From Calcarisporiella thermophila CBS 279.70 (lineage: Eukaryota; Fungi; Calcarisporiellomycota), in the NCBI RefSeq assembly GCF_041956535.1, contig NW_027192205.1:600870-664869 (forward strand): a DNA stretch of 64,000 bases. Reading direction: 5' to 3'. Under the pieces are notes generated by a model. It was given only the letters and a program-made list of their open reading frames with translations. It ran no database searches and was not told the DNA's origin. Positions 1 to 13,446 of this stretch are shown piece by piece. Positions within the stretch are counted from its first letter, which is position 1, and every line of letters starts with the position of its first letter. Position numbers and translations under genes: made by a program.

Positions 1-1200
1 AGTTCGTCTAATCTCAAACTCGGAGGCACGAAAGGTCGTGGTCATACGTGGAGCGGAGGGACGATGTATCATGGACGAATCCACCACTGTAGAAGCGGAC
101 ACGTGCACTTCCTTTGGGTGGGCAGCGGCCATGATCTTGCCGATATTGTTCTCATTAATGCCTGCCCGCAAAATAATGGGTTAAATGAAGAAAAACGAGG
201 AAAAGAGCACGTCTAGGTTTTTATTACCGGCGCCAGGCATGATGGACACTCGGTCTCCAGCTTGTTCAATCAGCTTTGTGATCAGCTCCAGGCCCTCGTA
301 GGCTGAGTTTTCTTGGCCGCTATAGAACACTTGTGGGCTTAATGGAATACAAGAGATGGCCGTATAATCTAATGCAAACCTGGTCAACACACGATTCACG
401 CCAAGCGATATCAAATCCTCCAGCGATTGAATTGGGTCCTTGGTCATGTCGAAAGCACGGTGAAAGGTTACCTGCAACGGCCGCGCATAGTTTATGAGGC
501 TATAGGAGAAATCATGTCTTATGGAGATGACCATACAGCCAGCAACACATAAGCCCAACTTACATCTTTGTCCTTTCCTTATCTACACTTCCGTCGGGCT
601 TGAGGATACCGAAGACAACGCCATACGCGCCTAAAGATTTGGCCATCTTATGGGATGCATGGGATCAGGGAAAACGGAGGGATGTAGAATGCACGCGCCA
701 ATGTCTAACTCACCTCGATATCGTATTTCATCGCCTCGAATTCCTCTTCGCTGTAACAAAAATCCCCTCCTCTATAAAGGGGAGTCAAAAAGAATGCTTT
801 TCTCCACTCTGCTGAAGAGGCACTTACCGAGGCCGAATCATAACCTAGGCATGATAAGCGAGGAAATGAAAAGAGTAAAATCAGACATTAATAAGTGATC
901 TAGCTCAATCCCTAGCAATTCATTCACCATTATAGGGATGTTCACTTTCTTTCTGCAAACCGAGATCATGCCTATCAAAATTCAAATCCAACCAGCCATT
1001 AATTCCTCAGACCCTTCACCGTCCCGGGAACAAAAAAAAAGCGAGGGTTTACCGGCGCTGGGTGTTGTGCCCCCCTCCAGCAAATTATTGCAGAGCTCTA
1101 CTCGCGCCGCACCAGCGTTTTCAGCGGCGATCGCGCCCTCAACGCTGTCGATGCACACCTCGAAATCGCATCCGATATCGTAGTTGGTATTATTATTCAT
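1..1200 (-). CDS. CUTC: Copper homeostasis protein CutC (multi-exon, 3' end runs off window)
   Basis: ATG at 1200. Spliced translation [69 protein letters not shown]...VTFHRAFD...RVLT/SGQ...IMPGAG matches CutC TIM-barrel motifs. GT-AG introns, including a 17-nt micro-exon at 828-844. Confidence 0.93.
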
Positions 1201-1495
1201 ATTCAAGGTATCGCAGGAAAATACGCTAAAAGATCATGGAGCAGATAACGCGTTATTATTTCTTGTTTTATTTTTCAGGAGAAGAGGGTGGAGATATCAG
1301 GTGTGAACAAAGCGAAAAAAAAAAAATAAAATAAAATAAAACAACTTTTCTCACAGAATTAAGTAATTATTGGTCGTCCCAAAAACTTCCAAATCGATAA
1401 AATGCAGGAACACACGAAGGGAAAATAAAATAAAATAAAGCAAAGATAATGGAGGTTGTCTTGTTGGGCCAAAGGTTCCATTGCCAAAGAGGGCC

Positions 1496-4400
1496 TTAGT
1501 GGAAGTACTTGTCCAGGCTCTCTCCCAAGTACTGCTCGATCAGCCGCACAACCTCTTGCGTCTGTTTTTCAACTCTGTCGTCCTCATCCTCCATCAATTC
1601 CGCCAGGAATGGAATTGTCTCCGGGAGCAAGATCAGGAATTCCTCGCCCAACCGAGAGTAGAATTCCTCCACCACCTTCAGCGCACCCAGCCGCACCTCG
1701 GCGGAATCGTGACGCGTCTTCATGAGCACGCGATGGCTGAGCGGCTTCCAGTGGGCCTCGTTTCCGGCAGTGACGGCAAGCTGACCCAAGCAAGTGACCA
1801 GCGCGGGGGGGCATGTGATGGAGAGCTGGTCGACCAGCGGCCCGATGAGCGCGTCGAGTTTGTCCTGCCAGAAGCCATCGTTGTCGTAGAGTAAGCTCTT
1901 GTGCAGCGCCTCAATAACAAAGGCCCATAGCGGCTCCGAGGCATCTCGTTTCTCCTGAGCATAGGCGTTCAGGAGACCAATGCAGTGGTCGATCACATAC
2001 CCAAAGTAGGGCGCGACGATGGATTTGAGCTTGTTGAGAAGTCCGTCCAGCACATGGTAGAACACCGTCAAGCGGGCGTTGGAGTCCTCCGGCCCCTCCA
2101 CGCTTACGGTGGCCCAGTCGACAAGCTTCAGGAACATAGGCTTGAAGCGGGACTCGTTCAGCTTCATTACCAGCTCCAAGAACGCGCCCAGCGTGTGCTC
2201 CTCAGCCTTGTCAATGTAAGCAAGGTTAGGCTTAGCCCGGCGGAGATCAAACATGGAGAGGAGATGTTTGAAGAGAACGGCCTGGTGCGCGGCGATGGCG
2301 TCGCGTGGCATCGCCACAACGGCTTCCGTCAGCGTGTCTAGCATGGTAAGCAGAGGGAGCTCGTGGTCGGTGAGTTGGTTGAAGCAGGCAAGCAGAGGCG
2401 GCAGGAACACGCGCGGCGGGACCTTGGTTGCCATCAGGGAAAGCATCTGGCGTGCTCGCTCTTCTGCCTGCTGCTTCTTGCCATCATTCCCTTCGTACCC
2501 CATCAGCTTCGGGTGCAGTGCAATACCCAGGATGCGCGTCAAATAGGGGCTTACGAAATGCGGCAGACAGCGAACGACCGTCTCCAGCGCCACCGTGCCA
2601 CTCAGCTGGAGGACCACGGTGGATCGCTCGCCCTCTTCACCTTGCGTCGACTTTAGGGTCTCCTCCACAATGCCCAGGATGATAGGCATGAACTGGGGCA
2701 GATACGGCACAGCGTGTGGGCCAAGCTCTTGGCACATGGTGCCCAAACACACCAAGCTCGAAACACACACCTGGGCGCTGGGGTGCTGCATAGTGGCCAG
2801 AAGCTGGGGCATGGTGTCCGCAAACGCTTTGGGCGCAGTCTTTCCGAACCGATTGGCCAGCGTCGTCAAGCAGACGAGTGCGGTCTGCTTGCCGACCACC
2901 TCGGTCTCGTCTTGAGAGTCGGATGCTTTCCCTAGAATGTCCCCGAGTTCTTTGGCCATTTCAATAAAGAGGGCCTGATCCTGCTCTCCGGCGTGGGATC
3001 GCGTGGAAGCCACCTTCTCGTTGAACAACACCATGGCTTTACGGCGAACAGAGAACTCGTTGTGGTGGAAGAGCTCCTTCATGATGCGCACAAACACAGG
3101 CAGCGACAACATGCCATTGACCTTGTCGAGCACGTCATGCGCAACCTTGACAATGCCGCGCCAGAATTTCACTACCGGTGGGACGCTGTTGTCGCGGGCC
3201 GCATACGCCTTGTGGTGCTGGCCGAAGTAGGCAATGAGTTGTAGCAAGAGCTCGGACATTCTGAGATAGAGTGCATCCCCCTCCTCGATGGAAGTGTGGG
3301 CGGACTTGCTGGTGAAAGCCTTGTTGACCAGAAGCTGACCAGCGAAGTTGAGCGTAGCAAGCTTGAATTGCCGCAGCTGCTTGTCGGAATGCTCTGCCAA
3401 ATCGAAGAACGTTTCCGCCGTCTCCACCTCCATCTCCATCGTCCGCGCCGCATTTTTCTTTCCTCTGGTCTTCTTCTCCTGCTCGACGAGCTTCTCGTTC
3501 GGGAGCTTGAGTAGACTTTCGAATAGAGAGATCAGGGATTTCATCTGGGAGAGGGGCGCAAACTGGTTCGAGACGGTCAGGCAGAACTCGCACAACGACT
3601 CCGCCTCGGAGTTGTGTCCTTTCTGGAGCTTCTCGGTGTACTTCTCGAGGAGGAGGGTGAGGACAGCGTAGAGGAACTCGGTCTCGCCGAGCGTTTGGAT
3701 CAAAATGGTGAACAATCTCAGGCGTCGATGCTTGGGTATATGGAATAGCGCATCCACGAACACCTTGATGATGGGTTTGACCTGGGGAACAAAGTGGTCG
3801 TCCTTCTTCTCTGCAGCACGACGGTGGCTGGCCACGAGGGGAGGAATCACCTTTTCCAGAGTCTATAGGAAGGGAAAAAAAACAATTAGCCATTCACTAA
3901 GGAGCACAGAGTAGAACCTAGGCGTACCTGTTGAATCACGTGGAAACTGTAGTTGTCATCTTGGCGCAGTACATTCGCACCCATGAAGGTGAACACGGGC
4001 ATGATATTGTGCAAGACACGCTCGGGAAATCGTGGCGCAATGGCAGCCATTAGCAGCAGGGCTTGGTTGTGGGTCTGCGGGTTGCCAGTCGCGCGGATGC
4101 ACTGGACCAAAAGATCCACCCTGATGGCGTTCTCCTCCACACTCTCACATTCTCTCAGGATGGAGGTGAGTGACGACATGACCAACTGGTTCACATACTC
4201 GAGTGAAACGGGGGTATCCTGCCATTCGCCGTTGAAGATGGTGGCTAACAAATCGAAAAGAGCGGGCACAAGGATCACGTCCTCGCGCACTGGCTTGTAC
4301 TCCAGCATCTCCAATAGGGTGATCAGGCGATAGAGGGGCTGTAGGGCTTCGTTGTCGGGGGTTGTGCGGCGCGTCTTCTTGATGACCTCAACCTTGACGA

Positions 4401-7359
4401 GCTCCACCAGCGCCTCCTGCACTGTGGCGAGCTCGCCCGCGACAAGCTGTGCATGGATTGGCAACTGTTTCAACACCCCCTTCACCGCCTTGACAATCTC
4501 CTGCTCCGCGTTTGTGGCGAGCTCTACCAGCTCGGCGAAGAGCTCAGCCTGTTTAGCCGGACTGAGTGCTTCGAAGAGAGCAGGGGTGATCTGGGCCAGA
4601 GCTGCCCTGCGCACCGCATTCTCGTTCTCGCCTCCCTCTCCACTTCCACGGAGAAGCCCCAAAAACACCTTCATATAGGCGGTATTCTTTCCGTCCAGCA
4701 ACGATGCCGTCGCGGGAGTGAAGCATTTCACGAGGGCGATCATCAACTCCGTCTCGCGGCGGGACTTTTGCATCAATGGCAGGAGAATCGTCAGTTTCAT
4801 TGGAGAGCGCACGCAAGCGGTGAGCTGCACGAGGCGAAGCTGTGCGACGGGTTTGTGGAATGCAAGAACGTGAGATCCGATGAAAGAGAGGAGGGTTTCT
4901 TTCTTTGAAACGGTGGCGCGGGTATCATTGGACTCCTTGTTGAGGCTCTGCCCCAGGAATTGGGAGACGTAGTCGCCACTGGTAAGGAACTCTTCCTTCG
5001 CTTGCAGGATTACACGGACAAATTCTGCCACCACACCAGCCGGCAAATACTGGAGCTCTTCCGACGCCGAAAGGCCATAGAAAGCGTCCAGCTTGAAGAT
5101 CGGCACAGAGGGAGTCGCTTTACGCTTACGCGAAGTTTCTGTGGGAAGCTTGAAGTTGGAGTACAATTTGGAGAGGGTTTGAAGGCAGGTCACCGCGGCC
5201 TGACGCACGGGCTTGGAGGGACTTCCGAGAGCGAGGAGCAGGGAGGGTATCACGATCTGGAAGTCGAGGGTGGAGTTCTGCTCGGCGTGTGCGGCGAAAA
5301 ACACGTTCGCAATCTGGAGCGAGCGAGCTTGCACAAGCACGGGGGTTTGGATGACATCGTCTGTCCAGAATTTGGCCAGAAACTCAATCACGTTCTCGCC
5401 GATGTGCTTCTCAAGCAACCGCTGGATCTTCTCCTCGCAGCTGGCAAAGTGGGATCCAGATGCAAGGAAGCAGTAGAGCCTTGCCACGGTTTTCTTGTAA
5501 GCGACCACCTCTGCACTCTCACCCGCTTCATTCAGCCATGCCATGGGCGCCTTGGGGGCCTTTAAGCCTTGGAGCACCCCGAGAACACCAAACATAAACA
5601 GCCGCTCCGTGTCGATCGGCCTCTTGAAAGCGTTGTCCGGGGGCAATCCACCCTCTTGTAGCTTCACGCCCTCGTTGACGTCACGCAATCTGGTGAAGAG
5701 AGCGGTCAGGAAGGGTGCCACGACCGCGTTCTGCTTGTCCCCCTCTAAATTCCATATTAATCGCGTGAGGACAAACACGGCGGTGACGCGCTCACTGTAT
5801 TCGGTACTGTTGACAGCGGCCAGCAGCTGGCTGACCTCTGTCTCCATCGTCGCACTCGTTAACAGCGTATCGGCGATTTTTTGGATGCTCTTCACATCCG
5901 TCACTCGCACCTTTAGTCGGGAGTCCTCCTCGGCCTCATCCTCCGACGCGGCGTCCACCTTTTCATTTTGGAAGATCAGGCTTGGCACCATCACGCTCAG
6001 CCTCTCCTTCGTCTCCGGATTGTCCACCAATTTTTGGAAGAAGTCCTGGGTGGTGTCCTGCCGTTGCAGAATCGCGTCCAAAATCTTGGAGTTATCCCGG
6101 GCTTTCTCCTGAATTAGGCTACTCACAAAGAGGGCCATGAAGCGGTCCGACTGATATTTGCGGCAAATTTCGCCCAACATTTCGGGCAGGCCTTGCACCT
6201 TTACCAGCCTTGCGGCCGCGCGCGCCGGGAACGCATCGAGCGACTCTTGTGTCTGGCAGACATGGACCAGGAAGAGCAGCAGTTGGATGATGTGCTCAGC
6301 CGCGGCGTGTTGCGTGGCCGTCACCAAAATGGCGGTGGCTGCCTCGTTGGAGAGGGTGGCGCGGACACACACCTGAGAGAGCACGATATAACTTGCCAGC
6401 TGGAATTCCGTTTTTGACTTGAGACCATGCAATAAATGGGGCAGAATGGTGGTGAGGATGTCGTCCGTCACCTTGGGAACGGCTTGGATATAGGCGACAA
6501 GGGTGGAGGCATGAAATGCGAAGAGAGTCCGGAAACTCAGCCGCTTGGAAGAGGCGGTGGAAACCAGCTCACACACAAACTCGAGGAGAGCACGGTCTTT
6601 CACCAGGCGCTGCACAAGATTTCCTCGCTCAAGGGGGTGTTTGGATTTTTTCAGTGGGAGCAGGAAGGACCACAGGCTTCCCTCTCTGAACAATGGACAA
6701 AACAATTAGCATCAGGGTGAATTCGGGCTCATGATCACGGCCAAAACTTACTCTATCTGCAGAAGGTTTACCATGGTTACAAACTGCTTGGTTTCGTGGT
6801 AGGGTAAAATACATTTCATCACGGCATCCACATTAAACTCGTGAATGCTAGCATGGACAACATGAGGAACGTCAGATTTTCCAATCCAAAAAAGTTTAAA
6901 TCCAATTGTAAGCCTTACCGAAATCTTCGAATGAGCCATTCTAATGCCTTCCCGGCAGGATTTAACAAAAAATGAGGTGAAAGTTGTCGTAAAAATGTCT
7001 CGATGCTTTCGTCCAATTTCGAATTTTCTTGTTTTGTCTGTTGCCAAGTTGGAAGGGAGTGATAAATAAACGATGCCACATTCCATTCCAAGTATATTTG
7101 AACTCACTTGTAATAATCGATCTACACCCTTCATACTCTCTGAAAAGAGGGTCCGTTCATAGGCTGCAAATCTCTCGTCCAGCTCCCGCAGCTCCGCGAG
7201 CCCAGCAATCCCGATGGTGTATATGGTATCGAGGTCCTGGTCTGCGGCCTGCTTTGCATCAAATAAGAAAGAGGCGCGGAAGCGTTGGCTTTTGGCCAGC
7301 GACTTTTGCCGCTGGTCAGCAACACCTATCGATTTTAACTGCTGGGAAAGTGATGACAT
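1496..7359 (-). CDS. UTP10: U3 snoRNP / SSU processome HEAT-repeat protein Utp10 (HEATR1)
   Basis: N-terminus MSSLSQQL...RASFLFDAKQAADQDLDTIY; HEFNVDAVMKCILPYHETKQF; HNIMPVFTFMGANVLRQDDNYSFHVI; BP28CT region VMKLNESRFKPMFLKLVDWA; C-terminus LLPETIPFLAELMEDE...YLGESL. Short 5' introns plus one near 3860-3927. Confidence 0.96.
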
Positions 7360-8408
7360 AGCAGCTAGAGCCCTAGTGATGCAAACCGAGGTAGGGCAGG
7401 AGAAGAAAACGGTATCATCTTAAAAACTTGAACTTCGAGTGGCTTGGATATCGTAAACAAAACCTCACCCAATGAGCCCTACGGAATGTGACTTGCACTT
7501 GGTTGCTATTTTCGAAGAGCACTGATAGCCCAGCCACGTAGGGTCTAAGGACTAACCTGTGGGCGGCATCGATACTTAGCGTTTAATATGTAAACATGGC
7601 CCCCACGAGTCCAGCCTCGGGATTGCACTGAGCTCCAGAGAAAATTGGAGCTGAAAGGCTCCCTTTACATAGGGGCGTCCAAATTCGGCTTTGGCATCCG
7701 CCCCTATAACAGCTATGGTTTGCCATACAAACCTAGGCCAGAAATCCCTCTCTGATTGGCAAGCCAATAAGACCCGATTTACCAAACCGGTTGAGCGCAT
7801 TCATGACATTTCTTAGGCCTCACAAAGAACCGCCCTTTCAAACTCAATGGAGTCACGTGTAATACCACCATATTTGGCCACCGAAGAATGGGTGATTACA
7901 CTAGCAGCAGCAGTGTATCGCCTTAGTAATTATTTTTTTTTTCATGCCTCTGGATGGCTCCATCCCAGTTTGGCACGGCTAATTTGGGGACTGAAGAGGG
8001 AGGTCCATGACGTGCGGACTATAATAAAGGAAAACATTTCAGTTAAGGTTTGTCTGTGGCTGGAATGCAGTCACAGTGTGGAGTCAAAGAGCACGAGGAT
8101 GGATTTGACTCTTAGGGAGGCAGGAGCCCTCTCTCGCCATTTCATCCCCCCTCCTCTTGAGTCAAATAACTTTATCGTGGGCCTTATTAAAAGCAATTAT
8201 ACGGTTGCTATCTGGTAAGCATGTTGACATTACGAGGCGGTGGAGTAATGTTGCGATGTCCCGTGACGGAAACTTCCTGCAATAAAGATAGACCCACTGT
8301 TTCTTTCATATACTAAGGATAGAATTCCCGAGGCATTCATTAGATTCCCTTCTCAATCCCTTTCCTTCATTAACGTATCTTCCCTTTCCTCCATCTTTCC
8401 CATACTCT

Positions 8409-8679
8409 ATGTCTCATAGCACAATAGAATACTTTGCCACTTGGATTACACCGAAGTAAGTGTTAGCTGTTCCGCCTCCTGAGTAACTTGAAATATCAAA
8501 CCAATGTGTTGGCTACGGTCTACAGATTAACCTCTCAAAAAAAAAAAGGCCTGCTTCAGCTGACAAAACATCTCTATCCCCAACTTGACATATTCTTGAG
8601 CGATCTACTCAGACTGTATCCAACCTCTAAACTCAAAACTCACTTTGAACCTCTCAAACGTACCCCATCTAACGATTAA
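8409..8679 (+). CDS. Possible spliced 66-aa ORF or upstream ORF of the next gene
   Basis: ATG 8409; intron 8456-8525 (GTAAGT...TACAG) joins in frame to give MSHSTIEYFATWITPKLTSQKKKGLLQL...SND*. No recognised homology. Confidence 0.25.
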
Positions 8680-8822
8680 AGAAATAGGTAATCGTACTAA
8701 GCAACGGTGTCAATCCACACAAACCAGTGATATATAATCAGCTCCACTCTCTCCCTGAAAAGCTCACAGGGGCCAAATAATTGACTCTAAAGGATCCTCT
8801 ACGACGAACTTACATTGGCTAA

Positions 8823-9504
8823 ATGCCTACCCCGCAACCTCCTCCCCCTCCTCCGCACACCACCAGTACCTCAGGCAAGCGGTTTGGACGATTGTCTGCT
8901 CTCGGGAATCGCTTTCGTCGCTCTTCATTTCTCTCAAAGGATGGCATCTTCAAACGGATGCTTCATGATAATGACCCGTATTATTACACCCACCCACCCT
9001 ATAACGGCTATACGTCCTCGTATCCATCCAGCATGTGGTATAAGCGCTACCAGGATTCATATTGGGGCCTGGCGAGGAACGGTATCTTTGACTCCATTTT
9101 TAACCATTCAACGCGCGCACCCAAGATCGGGCCACCGATATACTCGACCGGGCTGAAGTATTTCGTACTTTCCCTACCTATATCCATAGATGTCACTAAT
9201 GAATGGGTCCATTTCTTGAATGTAATTTAGCGCGCCTGCGGCCCAGGTCACATCCGCCGTCCTAGGACTCTCTACCAACGGCATCTTTGATCATGCCTTT
9301 AACTCCAAATGGCGCGATTATGAATTTCAAAACAGCTGGCCCTCTGCGATGGGAATAGGGTACCCGCCGTTTTCCGGCCATCTACCCTACGGATCCTTTC
9401 CTTACTTCGCGAGCAACGTTGACCTAGTTTCACCGGGTAGTCCCGCCATGATGCTTCCGCTGTACCGGTATGGAAGCTATCAGTACCCGTACTATTTCCA
9501 ATAA
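8823..9504 (+). CDS. Orphan Tyr/Pro-rich protein (~200 aa) with three L-x-x-[ND]-G-I-F repeats
   Basis: Exons 8823-9157 and 9231-9504; intron GTATTT...CACTAAT...TTTAG. The spliced frame yields a third copy of the motif, which supports the model. Confidence 0.7.
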
Positions 9505-9831
9505 TTTCATATCCATCGAGGCAAGAAGTCTTTTGTAGGCGTATATCGGAACATAGTATTATAATCATTGCCATGATCTCTTTTTTTCTTGCACCCTATG
9601 GGCTTCATAAATGTGACTCATCTAGCATTGGTTTGTCACCTCCCCCTCCTTTTTCCAAGAAAACTGGCCTCTTCCACCTATCTCCTGGGATTCTGAATGC
9701 CCACCCGTGATGCTGCACCATTGTAATAATAGGTTGAGCTTTCATGCCATTAGGGATGCGAAAAAATTAAGCGTATGCGTTTATTTTTACTTTAAAGACT
9801 AAAAAACAATATAAAAAAGGTCATTTCTACT

Positions 9832-10388
9832 CTACTGCCTCTGATGCTCCTGGGTCTCTTCGGGGGTGAACTCCGGCTCTGAGTGTTCCTCAGAGGCCGA
9901 GGAGTCCTCCTGAGAATGCTGCTGCGGTTGCCGCAGAATGGTGGCCTCGTCTATAAACTCACAAAATTTAGCCTCTCTTTTAGTCTGATGCCATTCCATG
10001 TATACTCACGTTGCAAGATGGATGTCTGAACCCGCTCCTTACCCTCTGCATCCGTCATGGTCCTGTATTGAATGCTTCCTTCAATGCACACCAGAGCTCC
10101 CTTGCGTACATTCTTTCCAACCCACTCGACTGCTCCAGGACTGAAGTTCATAATGCGATGCCATTGTGTAGTACGGACCCAGTTACCATCGCGATCCTTA
10201 CGCGAGTCGCTAGTGCCAACGGTGTAGAATGCACCCTTGCGGCCATCACGGAGCTCGCGGACCTCGGGGTCGCGTCCGACATTGCCGATAATGATGGCGC
10301 GGTTAACGTGGCCGCGTGACGCGGAGGTGGCAGAGAAATGGCGAACGGAGGAGCGGAGAGTGTGTGCGAGCGATTTAACGGCAAACAT
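9832..10388 (-). CDS. RIM1: Mitochondrial single-stranded DNA-binding protein
   Basis: Mitochondrial-type presequence MFAVKSLAHTLRSSVRHFSATSASRG; SSB OB-fold VNRAIIIGNVGRDPE...TQWHRI...KGALVCIEGSIQYR. Intron 9951-10009; acidic tail; TAG at 9832-9834. Confidence 0.92.
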
Positions 10389-12029
10389 ATTTTTTACAGG
10401 AACCTTTTTTCGATTGTGATCCAAAAGTTGACCGATTGAACCATTTTCATCTTTGTTGATATGTGGCTTGGCTTGCTTTCAATCAGAAATTCATAGAAAA
10501 TCGACGGGAAAATGGGGATTTCTTCGGACCTAAGTATTGACCGTTCACCACCGGTTTAATATACTGCAATGCATATTTATTTAGAGTGACAAGTGACCCG
10601 TCACCCGATAAGTTGGAGAGGGTATTCAATGGAGTGCTGATTAATGAAGCTACTTATAGCCTCAAAGATAGCACTGATAGAACGGCATCATATTCATTGT
10701 CATTAATGCAAACTGTCTTTGATCAATATATATTTGTCTCCCTTGGACTTCAAAATAGAATATGGAAAGTAGCATGTGTGCTTTACAATAATTGCGTTCA
10801 GCAGAGGCTCGGGGCAAGAAATCAACCTTGGCTAAAGAAATACAACAAAGCAAAAGTAGTTTTTGTAACCTCCGTCGCTTACTTGCTCTGAGAAGCACGT
10901 CAGATCGAGTTGTATCCTTATCCTAGGAGCCATTTATTGAGTGCGCATCGAATAGTGTGCGGCTCATTTTTTTGTTAGTTGAAGATGCGTAATAAATCTA
11001 TGTTCTCTGTCGTGAGCCAATTTCAATATAGTGCACTTTAACCTTGATATGCCATAGCGCCTGGGCCAACTATTGCTACTGTGATCCCCTCAGGGTCATC
11101 ATGGAGTATAGACTTTATTGTTATATTGCTATAGTATGAGCCTGTTTGTGTTGGGGTACGCTGCGAGCATAGAAGGCTTGCACTACTTGGAAGAGTCAGG
11201 TGTTTTCATTCTCTTTATAACTACCCGAGTTCAGAGGAAGTAGCAAAGAGAATGCAATCACCTGGCTATACTAATTATAGAGCAATTTTCAGCCTTAATG
11301 TTACAGACTTTAAACATCGTCCTCATTCTTAGAGAATATCTTAGTGCGATCTCTCACGGGATTCCAAGAGTGAAAGGGTAGAGGGTAGTAATGCCAAGAG
11401 CATCGGGCACCAAGTGATAGCCTTCAATAACGCACTCGGGGTATTATGGAGAATAAAGAAGCCCAAAACGCGTGTGAACCAGGTGGGGATTGCTTCTCTT
11501 GGCGGTCCAACAAAAAGAGCGGGACAGGGCGGTTTGGGAAAGTCCTGACAGGAGTGGCTAAAATGGATGTAGAATAGTTGGGAAGAGGAGGGGCCTCCAG
11601 TGGAATTTTTCTCCGGGCCGGACGGATAGGAGCGCTCGATTTTGGGAAAGCCAGACTCATATTAATTGGGGGAGGGTAATACAGCAGGCCTTGTCCGATC
11701 CCCTTTCAACCGTTGTCAAACTTAGCGCAATAAAAATTGGCGCGAGTGCTAATCACAAATTAGAAATTTTCAAGGGGTCAAATGAATTCAATTAAAGTTG
11801 TTGCAGTTTCATTTATACGCGCTAAGTATATACCCGATGATTTAATATTCTTGTTCCATCTATATATTCTCTCTCTCGCACGGCGAGATCAGCCGCGCTT
11901 CTCCCCCTTCCGTCATAGAGTCTCTTCCTCTCCTTGTTTTACTCCCCATCCGCTAATTGCCTCTGTGTCTGTTGTGTTTGTCTCTATCCACATCCTATTA
12001 TCCAACCTGTAATTCTTCGACTTTCGACA

Positions 12030-12630
12030 ATGAAGCTCCCGTTGCTTGTTTCCTTGTCGCTCCTCTTTGTCACCCTGCCGACGGTGACCCACGCCTCTGA
12101 ATGGCGCACAGCTCGAGCCTCAGTGGGGCTTCACTTTTCCTCCTCCCTTGAAAAACGGGGGAAATCCGAGGGCCATGGCCGTAAAGCACCCTCTAACACG
12201 CATCGAACCACTTGGTACAGCGGTCAGGACCTTCGCAATGCAGCCTGCTACGGACGCAAGGGCCTAGCTGCTTACAACGCACAGGATTCCTCGATGATTG
12301 CTGCCTTTAAGGGCGGCCTTAATCTCTGCTACAAATGCATCGAGGTGGCGGGAGGAAAGGGTACTAACGGTGGGAAGATGGTGGTGAAGTTGGTGGATCA
12401 GTGCGCCGGCTGTTATCGAGACAATGATATTGACTTGACCAAGGCCGCCTTCAAAAAGCTGGCTCCCTTGGATCGGGGCGAGGTGGAAGTGTCTTGGAGG
12501 CCGTTGACCAAGTGCCCTCGGGAAGGCAAGGTAACCTATTCATCGTCTTAACTAGCCCCGCCCTTCCCCCTTCTTACTGACTCCCCTGCTCTTATTCTAG
12601 TGGCCGACGAGCGAGGGTCGCAGGAAATGA
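12030..12630 (+). CDS. Secreted RlpA-like double-psi beta-barrel (expansin/loosenin-like) protein
   Basis: Signal peptide MKLPLLVSLSLLFVTLPTVTHA; LEKR Kex2-type site; TTWYSG..NAACYG..CYKCIEV..VVKLVDQCAGC..DIDLTKAAFKKLAPLDRG. Intron 12531-12600. Confidence 0.88.
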
Positions 12631-13446
12631 ACATTTGCTCTTGGACAGGATCCATATACCATCGTTACTACATTCTCACTCTTATCTGCTTAAGTCCTCT
12701 ATTCTCTCTCTGATTAATTTCTCACTTTCTCTGCTTCGTCAGAGCATGATTTTAATAGTAATAACACTCTTGTTGCACTCAGCAGCAGGCGTGAATGGAT
12801 TATGAATAAATATCCACGCCGAAATAATGGCATAGATAAAACGAAATCTTAGAGAGCAAATGGTTTGGCACACAAACGCAGCAAAGAACACGTTTTTCTG
12901 ATTACAGCCGATAGAAGGGGTAGTGGTGAAATGCTTTTATGGGGATACTCACCTGTATCTATCCTATAAGCGAATCCACGCCACGTTGGATGCTAAATCT
13001 ATGATTTCGCATTCCAGGAGAATTTGAGGGCCTAGCTCTTATGATAGGAATTGGGCCTATCCTAGGATAGCGCACTGTAGTGGGCTAAATATTAGCGAGG
13101 CGCTGGTCGTTTTTTTTTTTTTTTGCTAAATAACTCAATTTTATTACTATTATGGGGGAAAACACAACTTCCCATTAACAAGCGTTAAATAGCAAAATCC
13201 AATCCACCTGTATCATAGAAATGAAGCAGCTTTAAGAGCCTAGTAAAGAGACATTAGCACAGAGGTGTCAATAGAAATAGAATTTAATTATACTCAAAGA
13301 GAACAGGGAATATGGGAACAGAAAAGGCAAACCAAAAAAGAAAAGCTATGTACACAATGGAGAGAGGGAGGGAGAGATGAAAGGGGAACAGCAAGAGGAG
13401 AGGGGGACGGGGCAGAGGGAAGGGAATCGCCATCACGGAGACAGCA

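Noticed and set aside
1456-6720. Many long antisense or alternative-frame ORFs over UTP10 (likewise over CYR1, MATE and FRS1)
   Set aside because: Shadow ORFs expected from high-GC3 coding sequence; no recognisable motifs.
8103-8166. Imperfect inverted repeat ATTTGACTC...GAGTCAAAT
   Set aside because: Single short hairpin with no second copy or clear TSD; insufficient for a MITE or ncRNA call.
9832-10388. Bacterial-like SSB as horizontal transfer
   Set aside because: It has a mitochondrial presequence and an intron; this is the normal mitochondrial SSB.
10586-10891. 101-aa ORF in intergenic DNA
   Set aside because: Non-ATG start, no motifs and no supported splice model.
13089-13125. Minus-strand AATAAA followed by a long A-run
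   Set aside because: No similarity to the retroelement tail and no tRNA nearby; probably the 3' region of the LEA_2-like gene.
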